Assembly (NCBI GenBank): GCA_016748015.1
Contig: JAAOMT010000183.1
Span: 871,840 to 923,699, forward strand
Length of the DNA: 51,860 bases
Reading direction: 5' to 3'
Origin: Geosiphon pyriformis uo1
Taxonomy: Eukaryota; Fungi; Glomeromycota
This document shows, one piece after another, positions 1 through 14,627 of this stretch (position 1 is the stretch's first letter; each line of letters starts with the position of its first letter). The position numbers and the translations under genes were made by a program. A model generated the notes under the pieces. The model worked only from the letters and a program-made list of their open reading frames with translations, did not search any database and was not told the DNA's origin.

Positions 1-52
1 ACTGTTAACATTGATTCCCATCCGTACCAGTCAATTGCATTTTTTTCGGCAG

Positions 53-1179
53 TGGATCTTGATCATGTGCTTCGGAAAGAAGCGGAATCAAGTTGCAAAA
101 CATTGTCATATCAACAGGAAATTCAACCCGGACAAAGTCTTAAAATACAAGACATTTTGAAGAATATATCGTCGCTAAGTGCTTTCATATCCGAAAAAAC
201 CTCAAGTGAGCTACCCGAAATTCCACCTTGTTATCAACACCTTTTGGTGCCAAGCAAGCCATCGGAAGATGAGCTTTTTCTCAAAATACAGGCATCTTCA
301 AGTCTGGAAGAAGTTCAAGAATTATTCACCTTAAAACTTCCTGTTGAATCTTCCAAGAAAAAAGGATATGTAAATTATCCAACCCAAAAAGAAAAAAAAA
401 GACTTGAGAAAGAATATTGCGAGAAGAAAGTGGCACTTCTCTATGGAACTGATATAAAGCAACCACTTAGGGAAAAAAACGATGGAGAACGATCATTTCA
501 AGGCGAAATATCGGTTGATGAAAATCTCAAGTCATCGCAACAAGATAAAAATCTCTTGAACAATCTAGCATATAAAGAGCCAAAAGAGGGACAAGACAAA
601 ATGGATAAACCCACGGGATTTTCTACTAATATTCCTAAGGGTAATCCCCTACGTCCTTCGCTTGCTGATAATTCCCATTTGTTAGAGATGAAACTCAAAA
701 AACAGGCCAACCTCCTATCTATCAAGAAGTCAGAGCCGACCGATATAAGCACCAAAAAATCGCTTATTATCAAGAATACGGGGAAAGAACAACCTCAGCT
801 TCGTGCTAATCAATCCCATAATACGATAAATCAACTACAATCGCCGGATTTAGTTGAGAGCTCAGTTAAACCGAAAATGAAGCAAGAATTGGGAGGTAAA
901 AGCACAAGAAAGCGACAATTCTTTGAAGAGCCGGTGATGCGGACAAAAACTGAAACCCGGAAAGAATGTGATTCGTCAAATGTTGAACCTATAACTTGTG
1001 AAATTGAGGTTCAATCTTCCTCGGACCCTTTTCCCAGTCAAGCAACCCAGAAAAAAGAAAACTCACATTTAAACCGGCCTTTAATGATAAAAGATCCATA
1101 TGTTATCTCATCTTTCAAATCATCGCCCACTAAAAAGAATCGCAAAAAAGACTCCCCTTTAAATCATTTAAGTTGTTAA
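53..1179 (+). CDS. Probable terminal exon of an unidentified gene; K/E/S/Q-rich, likely disordered C-terminus (upstream exons outside the window)
   Basis: 375-codon stop-free frame. It opens directly after a polypyrimidine tract and CAG acceptor (ttttttttcggcag, ending at 52), preceded by a branch-like ttaac. An AT-rich 3' region follows. No recognisable domain. Confidence 0.6.
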
Positions 1180-2072
1180 TAATCTTCAAATGTAAACATT
1201 GGGGATTAGTAAATCGAGTGGTTTTAAGTTTTGCTAAATATCAAGAGCCGTAGAATTTTCTGGTACTCCTGCAAGCAAATAAAGTACCATAAGTAGTTTT
1301 TACAGCTTCCTTTTCAGCAATTGACTCATTTGCTTTTTGGTCTTTGAGGGTTTAAATAAATTAAAGTTTACGTCATCCCATATTCCATTCATTTTTACAA
1401 TAAAACTGATACTTAAATTTATTGTTTTATTTAGTAAAAAAGATTTATTAATTAAAACATTAATTAGATTTTATCAACTTATTTTAATTGTGGTGTTTAT
1501 TTCAAGATTTAGATTTTTTATTAAATTTTAAGTTTGTGAATATTAATGTATATTAAGTTTACAAAATATTGCCATTTAGAAAATGGTAATGTAATTTTAA
1601 TTTGTTTGTACATTTAAAACATTAAGATTTTGTTTATTCTTCACAAATATCAAAAAACATTGATTAAAAATAAAAAGGAACGAGATTGAATTAGCATCTA
1701 TTCAGGAATTCCAGATTGTAATTAGAAACTTTTTCCAGAAGAGTCGTAAGACCTATTAGGAATCCCCTAAATCTTAGCTGCAAAACCATGAGATTTTCTG
1801 GTTTTTAATTTCTCCATATTCGTTGTTGTCAACCAGATTAAAATCATGAAAAAATCCCATGTGATGCAAATGATGAGCCCCCATCTCCAAATCGGTGTTT
1901 TGACCAAAAATTTTTTTATAATTAATGTTATCTCATTCCTCTTAATATAGAAAAATTACAAGTGTGTATTATATTTCAAAGAAAAAGTTAGATTATTTAT
2001 TAAGTGTATGTATAGTGGTGCGTTTATACTATGTATATTACTATATATGTGTATACAAAATCTAAAAGTTTT

Positions 2073-5000
2073 TTAATTGGCAACTGCAACGAGACCAGGG
2101 TGTGTTCGGTTAGATAAAGCTTCTAGTGTCCGTTGTTTAATGCCTCCTGTTACCGGTAAGTTTGTATCACCCATTAGATATTGATCAATTTCTCGGGCAG
2201 CTTGTCGTCCTTCGTTAATACCCCAAACTATAAGACTTTGACCGCGACGACAATCGCCAGCAGCAAATATTCCAGGTATTGGTGTTGAATATCTACCTTT
2301 TAGTGTTTCAATGTTAGTTCGGGCATCGGCCTTTAGTCCCAAACTGTGAATTAATTTTTCCTCAGGGCCTAAAAATCCCATTGCTAATAAAATGATATCT
2401 GCTGGGAAATGTTGTTCCGATCCAGGAATTTCTTTCATTGTCCATCGACCAGACCCGTCCTTGATCCATTCAACCCGTACGGTATTTATTCCGGCTACGT
2501 GCCCTTTTCCGTCTGACACAAACTCCTTAGATAACACACAGTATTCACGTGGATCTTTTCCAAATTGCATTTGAATCTCTGCATGCCCATAGTCAACTTT
2601 GAATACTCGTGGGAATTGGGGCCATGGGTTATCCTTGGCACGAGTCACTGGAGGCCGTGGAAGCAATTCAAAATTGATAATAGATTTGGCACCTGAATGT
2701 CCAAATGAAATGCCAATTACAATTAAAAACGAAAATGAATGGTTCAGCTCATAGGGACAAGGCTTATCAACTCATAGCAAAAAATGAAATTTGGATTATA
2801 CAAACCATGCCTAAGTGATGTAGCAAGAGCGTCACATCCAGTATCACCCCCACCAATTACGATCACTGCGGTGAGGCCATATAATTATATTAAAAAATAT
2901 GGTGCAATTTTCAGTTTCCAAAATTGACGGAGCACAGCGTTTGGGAAAATTAAGATGTTTAAAAGGATTGAATCATGAAAACAAAATCTTTAACAGAAAA
3001 ACGAAGAATTAAATTGGTCAAGCTGAAGAAATTGAAATTACCATTTTTTCCTTTGGCACTAAGATATTTTCCATTTTCTAAATTAGAATCCAAAAGACTT
3101 TGAGTGTTAAGTTGTAAAAACTCCATTGCAAAGTGAATTCCATCCAAGTTTCGATTAGGGATTTTCAAATCACGAGGCCATGTAGCACCTGTGGCTACAA
3201 GGAGACAATCGTTTTCTTTGCAAATTTTGACGGCATCAACATTTACTCCCACATGCGCATTAGCAACAAACTTAATGCCTTCATCTGCTAGAAGGTCAAT
3301 TCGTCTCTGAACAATATTTTTATCTAGTTTCATATTGGGAATGCCGTACATCAACAAACCGCCGAAACGGTCATTACGATCATAAACAGTGACCATATGA
3401 CCAGCTTTGTTAAGTTGATCGGCTGCTGCTAAGCCAGCTGGACCTGATCCAATGATGGCAATTCTCTTGCCGGTTCGGATTGCGGGTGGTTGAGGAATGA
3501 TCCATCCCATTTCAAATCCTTTGTCAATAATTGCGCATTCGATTGATTTTATGCTAACGGGTAATTCATTAATGCCTAGAACACAGGCACCTTCACATGG
3601 AGCAGGACATACTCGACCAGTAAATTCAGGAAAATTGTTTGTCATTAGAAGTCGGTTTAGAGCGTCTCGCCATTGATTTTTGAAAACAAGATCGTTCCAT
3701 TTTGGAATAATATTGCCTATAGGACAACCACTTTCAGATTGGCAGAAGGGAACACCACAGTCCATACAACGAGCAGCTTGAACTTTGAGTTCGACATCAC
3801 TTAAACGAGCGTTAATTTCTTTCCAATCCTTTGCTCGTTTGCGAGGATTGCGATAATTATCAACTCGCCGTTTGTACTTCATGAAACCGCGAACTTTATC
3901 GAGAACTTGTGTTCTCTGTTTAGCAGCCTGTTCATCCAACATCGCATCTTCAATATCCACCAGTGAAGGTTCTTTGTGTTTAATGGGAATTTCTTGAACT
4001 AAAACCGGCTGAGATATTTCTTTTTGTTTTCGTGCTTCCTCAGCAGCAATACGTTGCTTATCCAAGACAAACTTATAATCAATCGGCATTACTTTCACAA
4101 ATCGTGGCAAAACTTGATTAAAATTTTTGAGTATTCGGTCAGCCAGTTCTGATCCAGTGTAGTGACGATGGTCTTCAATCAATCCTCGCAGGAAAGCAAT
4201 CTCTTTTGACTCATTTATAGTTTCGAAAATAACCATTTCCTGATTACATTTACTTTTGAAATCTAGCGACATATCCAATACATAAGCAATCCCACCACTC
4301 ATACCGGCAGCAAAATTACGTCCAGTTGAACCTAGTACTACCACTCGACCTCCTGTCATATATTCGCAACCGTGATCACCAACACCTTCTACTACAGCGG
4401 TTGCCCCAGAATTACGAACGCAAAAACGTTCAGCGGCAATGCCACGAATAAATGCTTGACCGGATGTTGCCCCATATAAACAAACGTTACCGACGATAAT
4501 GTTTTCTTCAGACTTGAAGGTCGAGACTTTTGGTGGATAAACTATCAGGCGACCACCAGAAAGACCTTTACCAACATAATCATTAGCATCACCTTCCAGC
4601 TCAAGAGTGATACCGGCCACCAAAAATGCCCCAAAAGATTGTCCGGCTGAACCAATAAGATTGATATGAATGGTATCATCAGGTAATCCTACCTCACCAC
4701 AGTGACGTGACACGTGGTAAGATAGGGTGGTACCAAGGGCACGATCTGTATTTACCACTTCACAATCAATCTTTACTGGTAGCTTTTTGAATAGTGCATC
4801 CTCCGCCTCATCAATAAGCCTGTTATCTAAACGAACATAAAGTTTATGATCTTGCTTTCGTACGTTATGGGTGGCCACTCCGGGTCGTAGAGTGAAAGCG
4901 GGAGTGAGAATAGGTGTAAGATCGATGTTCTCGGTTTTGGAATTGCGCAGATTATCGTTGACTCGCAGCTTGTCAGAACGACCAACCATTTCATTGATTG

Positions 5001-8000
5001 TACGGAACCCGAGCTTGGACATTATCTGACGACATTCTTCGGCAACATAATAAAAGAAGTTTATTACGTGTTCGGGCTCACCCTCAAATTTCTTTCGAAG
5101 TTCCGGATCCTGAGTGGCGATACCAACTGGACAAGTATTTAAATGACATTTACGCATCATAATACAACCAAGTGCGATCAAAGGAGTGGTTGCAAAGCCC
5201 CATTCTTCAGCCCCTAGCAAGCATGCGATAGCGACATCACGACCAGTTCTAATCTGACCATCGGTTTGAACGACAACACGGCCACGAAGATCGTTCAAGA
5301 CAAGCGTTTGATGAGTTTCTGCGAGACCCAATTCCCAAGGAAGACCAGCGTATTTAATACCTGTCCATCGTGAGGCACCAGTACCACCATCATGTCCAGA
5401 AATCAGAATGTGATCAGCCTTAGCCTTGGCCACCCCGGATGCAACAATGCCAACACCAACTTCTGACACCAGTTTAACGGAGATGCGAGCCCGTGGATTA
5501 GAACATTTTAAATCATAGATAAGTTGCTTCAAATCTTCAATAGAATAAATATCGTGATGTGGAGGTGGGGAAATCAAGCCGACACCGGGGGTTGATTTAC
5601 GAGTTTTACCAATGGCCTCGGAAACTTTATGACCGGGCAACTCACCACCCTCACCAGGTTTGGCGCCTTGGGCCATTTTGATTTGCAACTCGTTGGCATC
5701 AGACAGATAGAAAGCAGTTACCCCGAAGCGACCAGATGCAACTTGTTTGATTGCTGAACGCATTGTATCACCATTGGGCAGAGGGATTGATCGTTCTGGA
5801 TCTTCACCGCCTTCCCCAGTATTCGACTTACCACCAAGTCGATTCATGGCGATGGCGAGAGCAGAATGAGACTCAAGAGAAATTGATCCATAAGACATGG
5901 CCCCAGTACAGAAACGTTTAACAATATCGCTCCATGGCTCAACTTCATCAATTGGTATAGATTTCGAATTTTCAAAATCAAAATCTAGGAGACCACGAAG
6001 AGTACAACTCTTGATTTGTTCATGGGCATTAAGTGAATAGACATCATAGGCAGATTGATTTTTTGAACGAACAGCGTCTTGAAGATTTGCAATACCAACG
6101 GGATCGTTAATGTGCGCTTCGCCACCATCACGCCAATGATACTCACCAGACTCAGGGAGACCAGGTGGGAGGATAGTGTCTCGTGAAGGATAGCCTTGAT
6201 CATGGAATGTGAGAGCATCCAAGGCCAAAGAATCAAATGTAGTACCTGGGGGAAAAACAATGACAGAAAATCATAAGAATTGTGGGGAGGGGGGGGGGAT
6301 ATTTAAATATTTGCCTTTCAATTATCGATTCAAAGTTTTAAATGCTTCCTAAATTCAAGCATAAGAATATAAAAGGATACCTTTAATTCTACTCGCAGTA
6401 CCAGCAAAGCAGCGCGCAATAACACTTTCATCAATTCCCAGAGCCTCAAAAATTTGGGCGCCTTTATAACTCTGCAAAGTTGAAATGCCCATCTTTGACA
6501 TCACTTTTAGTACACCATTGTTTATTGCCTTTTTGTAATTTGAAATAAGTTTTTCTCCGGAAGCGTCACTCTTAATAGCATTTTCTCGTTTTAATTTTAA
6601 AATTGCTTCCATGACCAAGTAAGGGCAAATTGCATCAGCTCCATAACCCAAAAGAACACAAATGTGATGAACTTCACGAGCTTCGGCGGTTTCAATAAAC
6701 AAGGCGATCTTTGATCTTTGCTTGCTACGAACCAGATAATGATGTACCCCACCAACAGCGATTAAAGAAGAGATAGCAACACGTCCGGCGTTGGTAGCGG
6801 CATCGGAAAGAATTACAACTTTGAAACCTTCTTGGATAGCTTGCGAAACTTCAGCGCAAACACGTTCTAACGCTAGTAAATAGCCGTTTACACCTTCCTG
6901 TTTTGGGAAGGTAATATCAATGGTGGCTACACTCCAATCAGGTTGAACACGTTCAGCACGTTTGATGGCGTTCAATTCGTCAATGGAAAGGATTGGAGAG
7001 CGTAACAAAAGCTTGCGAGTTTGGTATTCGTTGACCTCAAGAATGTTGCCTTCTGGACCAACGTAACATTCCAGAGACATGACAATCTCCTCACGAATAG
7101 GATCGATCGGAGGGTTGGTGACTTGAGCAAAAAGTTGTCGGAAATAATCATAAATGAGACGAGGTTGGCTTGAAAGACAGGCCAATGGAGCGTCATTGCC
7201 CATGGATCCAAGGGCTTCTTTAGCGTCTGTAACCTAAAGTGGTGTAGCGAAATAAATCATTGGATTAAAGCAGTAATTCCAAACTAACAAAAAAAATGGT
7301 AAAAATTTCGATATACCATTGGTAACATTAACAAATTTATTTGTTCAATAGTATAACCAAATGCTCGCAATCTAGGGTCTTCGGCGACAGAGGTGGAGTC
7401 CAAGATAACAGAGATTCCGTTACCAGTAGCCTTGATCTTGGCGGTAATATCGTCGAGAGAAATCATTTGTCGTTCGATCCAAGCTTGGAAATTTGCCCTT
7501 GATGCGACAGATAATTTGAGTTCTGTGTCATCAACCACACGACCTTCTTCAGTGTCAACCAAGAGCATTTTGCCTGGTTGCAAACGGCCTTTTTGTACAA
7601 CGCGTTCCGGCTCGATAAATGTAGTCCCGACTTCTGATGCGCAAATCATAAGATCATCGGTTGTGATATAGAAACGACATGGACGCAACCCGTTTCGATC
7701 TAAGCTGGCACCACAGTAACGGCCATCGGAAAAAGTAAATAGTGCAGGACCATCCCATGGTTCCATTAAACACGCGGCCCATTTGTAGAAGGCACATTTT
7801 TCGGGTTCCATGAATTGATTATTCTGCCATGCCTCAGGAATCATCATCATTATTGCCTCTGGTAAGGAGACAACGCGATTGATGACCAATAATTCAAGGA
7901 CATTATCAAAAGCAGCAGAATCTGAGCCTCCTTCTTCAATAATTGGATAGAGCAAATCAAGTTCGCTGCCAAATAGGCTAGATTTCATGATTCCTTCGCG

Positions 8001-9078
8001 AGCACGCATCCAATTCTTGTTACCTCTTAAGGTGTTAATTTCACCTAAGAAGGGATAACGATAAAAGTTAAATAATTGATCAAATGACATGAGAATACTT
8101 AAAGACTTGAAAATTACCATTATGAGCGCACCATCTCATCGGTTGAGCGCGATCCCAAGAAGGAAATGTATTGGTGGAGAATCGGGAATGAACCAGAGCG
8201 AAATGAGTTTTAAACATTACATTGTTCAAGTCGTGGAAATAATTGTATACTTGTACGGGTGAAAGTTGACCCTTGTAGATAATATTTTTGTTCGAAAGAG
8301 AGCAAATATAGAACCACTTTTTTACGGTTATTACGTGCGTGGCTTGCTTACGAAGAACATAAAGTTGTCTTTCAAAATATGCTTCATCGAATTTAGTTCC
8401 TTCTTCTGAAGTATTTGCAAGTATAACAAAAGGTTGCAAGATGATTGGTTCACGTGATCTAGCGGCAGGTCCAAGGATTGTATTATCTCTGGGAACCTCA
8501 CGCCAACCAAGGACTTTCAAGTGCAGACTCTCTGCGATTTGCTCGAAAATATGCTTACTCTCTTCCATCACGGCTGGCTCAGGTTTAAAGAAAATATTAC
8601 CAACAGCATACTGTCCTCTTAGTGGAAGTTGAACATTGATCCGGGCGGTTTCCAATTGAAAAAATTCATGAGGAATACTGGTCATAACACCAGCACCATC
8701 ACCATCCCTTGCATCAGCACCCACGGCACCCCGATGCGTCATGTTGCAAATAACATTTCGGGCGTTACTAAGAATCTTGTGGGAAGGTACACCTTTGATT
8801 TGAACAATAAAACCAACGCCGCATGCATCTTTTTCATAATCGGGATCATATAGGGCTTGTTTGGAAGGAATTGCATTGGCCCAAAAGGAGTTGAGCTCAT
8901 GATTGGTGTTTTTTAGTTGGATTTGTTCAAGTTCCTTTGATTGTAAATCTGTTAAACTATCAATAGGACTAATACCTTTGCCACTGTGATTAACACTACA
9001 ATTATGTCTAAATTGCTTGTTTTCTTGATGTTTTTGTTGTTCTTTTTCCTTTTTTTCCAGTTCAACGACAGATACCAT
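2073..9078 (-). CDS. GLT1: NADH-dependent glutamate synthase (GOGAT, fused alpha+beta). Exons 9078-8118, 8044-7317, 7233-6381, 6245-3042, 2865-2806, 2692-2073; 6426 nt = 2141 aa + stop
   Basis: Ntn-amidotransferase start EKDA/CGVGF (Cys86), [15 protein letters not shown] domain [14 protein letters not shown], 3Fe-4S motif [15 protein letters not shown], beta-type [11 protein letters not shown] and [19 protein letters not shown] and GGGDTG. All five introns are GT..AG, and splicing restores conserved peptides ([42 protein letters not shown]). Confidence 0.97.
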
Positions 9079-10120
9079 AACTATTTACGAAAATTTAAAG
9101 AATTGAACTTTTTTTTTAGGTAAATAAATATTCTTATCCTGAGGCTTCGAGTTTATAAAAGTAGGGACACGATATAGTTGCGTCTCGTTTTACCAGAATA
9201 TTTTGAAAAGGAAGGAAGGCAACAGTTGCCTAAAATTGGTAAAGACAAGTCTCGCTGTGAGACTATGCGAGAAGTTGATAACCACGACAAGTTCTAGAAG
9301 GAAAAACTTTAGTAAAAAAAATTCGAACAAAATAAAAGATGCACGAAGAGTTAGAAAAATATTTAATGAAACAAAACTATTTATTAAAATATTTCAAGTA
9401 CAAGCAGTCTATGTAAGCTATTCTTTTTACTCACCAATTTTTTTAGGTGATATACAGTCTATGAGTGCGTATTTATATGTGTATATAACTTGGCTTTCTT
9501 GATATTCAAGATGATGTGAAAGTAGGATGATGAAAATGATAGATTTTTATCAAGAACCAATAGATAACTTGTTAAATTAGTAATATCATTAACTGGCCGT
9601 TAGAACAGGCGAGGACCAAAGAAATTTTTGTGAAGGGAAAGCGAGCATTTTGGGGAATTTATAGATATTGTGAGAATTACAAAAATTAATTTCTTTGCAA
9701 TGAATCGAAGAAAGCGGTTATCTAATCATCGATTCACCCAATTAACAGCTAATAGGATGAAAGCTCTCAAAGCCGGTAAAGAAAGTCTCGATTCACACGA
9801 ATTTTAACGGCAGAGCGGTAAAGACGAATAAAAAATCTCAATAATACACAATAATGCTTATTCTTTGAAGCAAAAATAAATTACTTTTACTTTTTTAAAC
9901 ATAAATATAGTTGAATGCTTTTTAATTTTAAATACTTGTAATATAAAATTAGTTTGGGTAGATGTTAACGGGTTGATTTAAAGATAATGAAACCTAATTC
10001 GATCTTCTTTACAAACATACACACATAAATTAGCGAATTGTCTCGGGGAAGATCGTGTTGAATGTTTGCATTTGTCAAAAATTCGAATATGAAATGCTTT
10101 AATAATATTGAGTTTTATGC

Positions 10121-10170
10121 ATGATGTAGTGATGTAGTGATGGAGTGATGGAGTGATGGAGTGATGTAGT
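10121..10170. repeat. Short tandem 8-mer array (AGTGATG[T/G]), about 6 units
   Basis: atgatgtagtgatgtagtgatggagtgatggagtgatggagtgatgtagtgattgagtgatgcagtgatt, about 1 kb upstream of the GLT1 ATG. Confidence 0.8.
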
Positions 10171-11379
10171 GATTGAGTGATGCAGTGATTAAAAAGATTA
10201 TCTAGAGAACCAAAGATATACTTTTAGAGCCAATCTAAAAAATTGGTGATTATGCATCATGTGGAAGCGTTTATAGCCCAATAAATCCTAAAATCTGATA
10301 TCTCTTAAGGTTGTTGAGTCAGTTGACAGGTTGCTGCTGATTTGTTTTTACATTTGCTTCATTTTTATTCCGAATTCATCCGAATTTTTACAAAATCAAA
10401 GAAGGTAATAATGGGAGAATTTTAAAGGGCAGAAGATCGAGATCTTTTGTATTTGAAAACGTCCTCAAAGCGGGTTGATCAAAAACGTTTTTGCGCTTTC
10501 GAATAGGAATCTTCAATGCATCAGTCCATCTCGATCTTTAGATCAAAGATGGATTCGAGGATAATTTTGTTCTTTTAGTAATGCAGTGGTCGCGTGAGGT
10601 CACTCAAATGATATAAGCGATAAGAATTTTTAATTTTAACTTAAGATTTTATAATCGTGAAGCTAATTGATAGAGATTCAAATAACTTATCTGAAATATC
10701 TACCAGATTTTCCGTAAACAATAATTTTAACTCAGAGTCATCAAAAGAATTCTCAAACGCACAAAGATCTTTGGTAACATATTTATCATATCTTGAAAGA
10801 TTAGATTTTTTTGCGTCTCCTGTCGTGCAATTATTTTGCGAGAAAAATTTTTTACTTGACAATGTGAACTTAACTGCTGGTAGATTGCCTTATTCGATAT
10901 ATCGTGACCTTGTGTCCTGTACCGGTTTTTTTTGACTTTTTGGTTATCTAATAATGGATTCAATATTAATTTCCTCTTTTTATATCTCTTTTCAGAGTTG
11001 AATTTTTAGGCACTGTCTGTAGAATTTTTAAATTTTCACCTTTTTATTTTGAAAAGAAATGCATAAATTGGAGCTATAAATGTAGTACGAAATAATATAA
11101 ATAATTATTGTTTACCTATAAATAAACCCTACAAAAAAGATCTTGCCTCTGCTGTAAATCAATTCAATATTTATATATATAAATGACACGCGGAAACACG
11201 TACTAAGTACAAAATGGTAATTAGGCAAACTTCTCATTTTTGACAATACACGAATCTGGGCAAGTGTTTTCTTGATTGACACAGTGGGATAATTATTCCG
11301 AATTAAAATTCAATATATCTATAGATCGGAGAGAATCAAATCATATAAGGAGTGAAAAATAGAGTCCATTAATCAAAGG

Positions 11380-12700
11380 CAAGTTTCTCTCTTCCGGAAA
11401 TTATCAAGCTCCATTGTCGATGGATTGTAACACATCAATAACAGGCAATACTAAGCATTTCTATGTAACGCCTGTTATTTCCTGCATGGACACTCTAGGA
11501 CCAAGGCTTCACAAAGCAATGCACGGAGGAAGATCCCACGAACGCCATTTTCATTTCTATTCATAACAAGCTTAAAATTCCAGCTGTACACCTCAGATCC
11601 TCTGATTTTTTGGATATTTCCACACCAACTACAAGTTTTAGAGGTATAGGCATGATAACTATTCTTCTGCCTTGTTGATCAGATATTAACGAAATCGATA
11701 GTGCCCTCAGCATAGCATCTTTCTACCTGTTTTTCGTGTAATTTTTCAAATTCGCTGTGTATTTCTGTCTGCAAGTGTAAGATCTTTTGATCCATACACC
11801 CAATTGCCTTTTCTCGAGCAAAGGTCATTAATAAATTCGCATGTAAATGGAGCTGTTTTTGTATTTCGTATATCCAGGCAAACTTTCACTCATAGTAAGT
11901 GAGCTTGCCATCACATGCAATCTTGTGTTATTTTTGCACTTTTTTCGAAGTGGAAAGACCATAGTATATGTTTATCCTGAGAAATAAAGAATAAATATTG
12001 ACATAAAAACGACATAAATATATATAACAATTATAAAAGAAAAGTAAAATTTTATTATCTTCATCTTGTAAAGGTAAGATACATAGAAGCGATTTGGCAA
12101 AATTCTGAGCACAAATTGTTATGGTGTGATACAGTGCCTTACGAGATTGAAAAGAAAGACGCTGTGCATTACGTTTTAATAACTTTCTTTCGCCAACTAA
12201 TGCTTGATCAATTGCTTCGTCTGTGCTGTTAACAGGAGCTGAGCCTAAGAAACCTCTTAAGAGCATGCCAAGACGAACAGTGGCTCTGCAAAATTTTCTT
12301 TCACCCAGATAGCCGAAACATTCACAAAACTAAACCAATTTTGTTGAAGGGTCATAGTTTTTTAACCATTCTTTTTCCATGATACCATCTTGTTCATAAT
12401 CCCATCACAGTATTAAAAGCAAATCTCGCCAAGCCCACCTATCGTTTAATTTCTGCAAATTTGTTTTTTTGCATGCTAAAAAATTTATCAAGACACATAG
12501 CCTATCTATTATACCTAAAGGCTTTGTTCTTGCACCAAGGAATTTTATAAAACAAATAGAAATAGCGAATTAATTTCTGGCTTCATCGGAGTCTTTCGGC
12601 CAATTCTTTTACCCGCAATTGCTTTCTATAGAATTTTAGGTATTTGCAAATGAATCTATTTGATACTTCTTTCCTCTCCAAGTTCTTAATTTCCTATTGC
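11380..12700 (-). pseudogene. Degenerate coding-like region, family unknown
   Basis: Higher GC than the flanks. Minus-strand peptide-like segments (LQKLNDRWAWRDLLL, FCECFGYLGERKFCRATVRLGMLLRGFLGSAP, FAWIYEIQKQLHLHANLL) are broken by stops and frameshifts. Confidence 0.3.
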
Positions 12701-14627
12701 TTTTAAAGTATTCCTTTATAAATAGTAGTTCAATGGTCTTATGGCATAAATCTTTCCCCAAAATGACCACAAAACAGCGTCACGTTTTACCACCTGTTCG
12801 GCCTCATTTTGATGCTTACCACCTTTCAGCCACCGGAATGCATTCACCCGGCAATCAATATCAAAGACTGACCGTATCAACGCTTTGTGGCGCAAATTAT
12901 CTCTTGTTAGTCTGTTAAACGACTTTGGCTCGGATCGATAGAGGAATTGGAGTTAAAAAGAGAAATTCATATGAATATAGTTATACAAAAATCGATCAAC
13001 TATCATATATTACGATCCCAGGATAAAGGGGAATGCTGCGTTAGACCTGATTATCAACTTCTTTTTAGCCTTTCGAGCAACTGGATCTTATCACGGAAAG
13101 GGCTTTAAATCGTTATATCAATCTGGGGCGTAGTGTAAATTAGTGCTTCAATCAGAGACATTCAACAAGTGTAGTATTTTGAAGCGATCTTCTAAAAAAC
13201 ACATGGTTCATTACTAGTATCCTTAGCAGAACAGCAAACGAGAGAAACCTGTTGTTTCTAAAGTGTGAAAATTTTTCTAGACAGCCTGATAATAATAGTG
13301 TGAGTTTGCTTTCGCAGGTTGTATTTTATATTTATGGAAATAACCATTTTGATTGCATATTTTTATATCTTTGCTCTTATATGGACCTTTGAAAATTCAA
13401 GTTGTGAGTGCAAAACAGAGTGATTATGAGACAGAAGATAAGGTTGATGATAGCAAAAAGATGGCCTTTTACGAAGCATATATAGCACCAGGATTCCAGT
13501 CAACAATCTTCTATACGACGGAGAGAATGTGGTTACGTTTTCTGATGATACTCCTATAACGCCGTCACCATTTAACAAGAACCATAAACGATCTCAGCTC
13601 TCAACCGATAACGAGTACCTAGAGATGGAATGGATGCCGTGGAAAATTGATGTAGTTATCCACAGTATTGACCCTGAACAAGAACTTTTGCGTTTGTACA
13701 AAATGAAAATGAAACTCTTCTCAATTATGGAATCGTCGATCTTAATAATGGTGATAACTTGCAGCATCTGTTAAGTCATATTTTGAAGCGAAATGCAATA
13801 TTACTTTATAATCCTAATTAGAAATCCTTAAAAGAGCTTTGGTGGGTACTTGACCAGTTGTTTTCTCAATAATGGAATCCGTTATTCCACAACATGTGAC
13901 AAGATTATCAAATCTGAAAATGTTTAACCTTGGAAGTACATTATCTTCCGTAATTTCTTTGCACAGTTATTCATTTAAAACTTGCAAGGTTTTCTGAAGA
14001 AAACGACTGATTATTATTTAGATGATGGTCATCACCATTGAATACTCGTGATTACATTTGAAATGCAATATTTATGACAATTAAACAAATGAATATGTAA
14101 TAGAACATTTTTTTAAAATATTTTTCAAAAAATTATGGAATAAAACATTAAACGAGATATCGTCGATTAACGTGCTTTAAAATTACAACCATATGTGCCA
14201 TTGTAACGTTTAATAATTTCGAGCTGGTTCCCAATTATAATAAAAACGGACTTGATATTCGGCAAAAGAATTTTCCGATAAATATATATTTTATCGATAA
14301 AACCTTTTCATATAGTAGGATAAGTTAGGTTGGGAAGGTCATGTAGTTGCTTCGATTGAATTCGAAAATATGACTCTTTCTCTGTATTTTCAGGAATAGC
14401 AGGCGATAGATTTATTCGTTTCCAGTATTTGTAATATATATTATAAGCAAGAGATTATATTTTCTCATTTATAAGTATTGAAATGATCCTATATTAGTGA
14501 CTTATCCATCTTTAATGATATTTTCCAAGAAATGGATAAATGGCTTGACGGAGCAAAAATAGAGAAAATGATGATTTACTAGGCTCCGATTAGAATTTTG
14601 GGATCGATTTAAGAGTAGTTGATCTCC

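Noticed and set aside
1337-1531. Hydrophobic 64-aa ORF
   Set aside because: AT-rich intergenic/3' UTR sequence with a non-ATG start.
2392-8853. Short antisense or alternative-frame ORFs overlapping GLT1 (2392, 5985, 6972, 7393, 8441, 8629)
   Set aside because: Shadow ORFs of a conserved coding region, with no motifs.
2073-9078. GLT1 as several separate genes (gltB/gltD-like) or a frameshifted pseudogene
   Set aside because: Five canonical GT-AG introns join the pieces into one uninterrupted 2141-aa frame.
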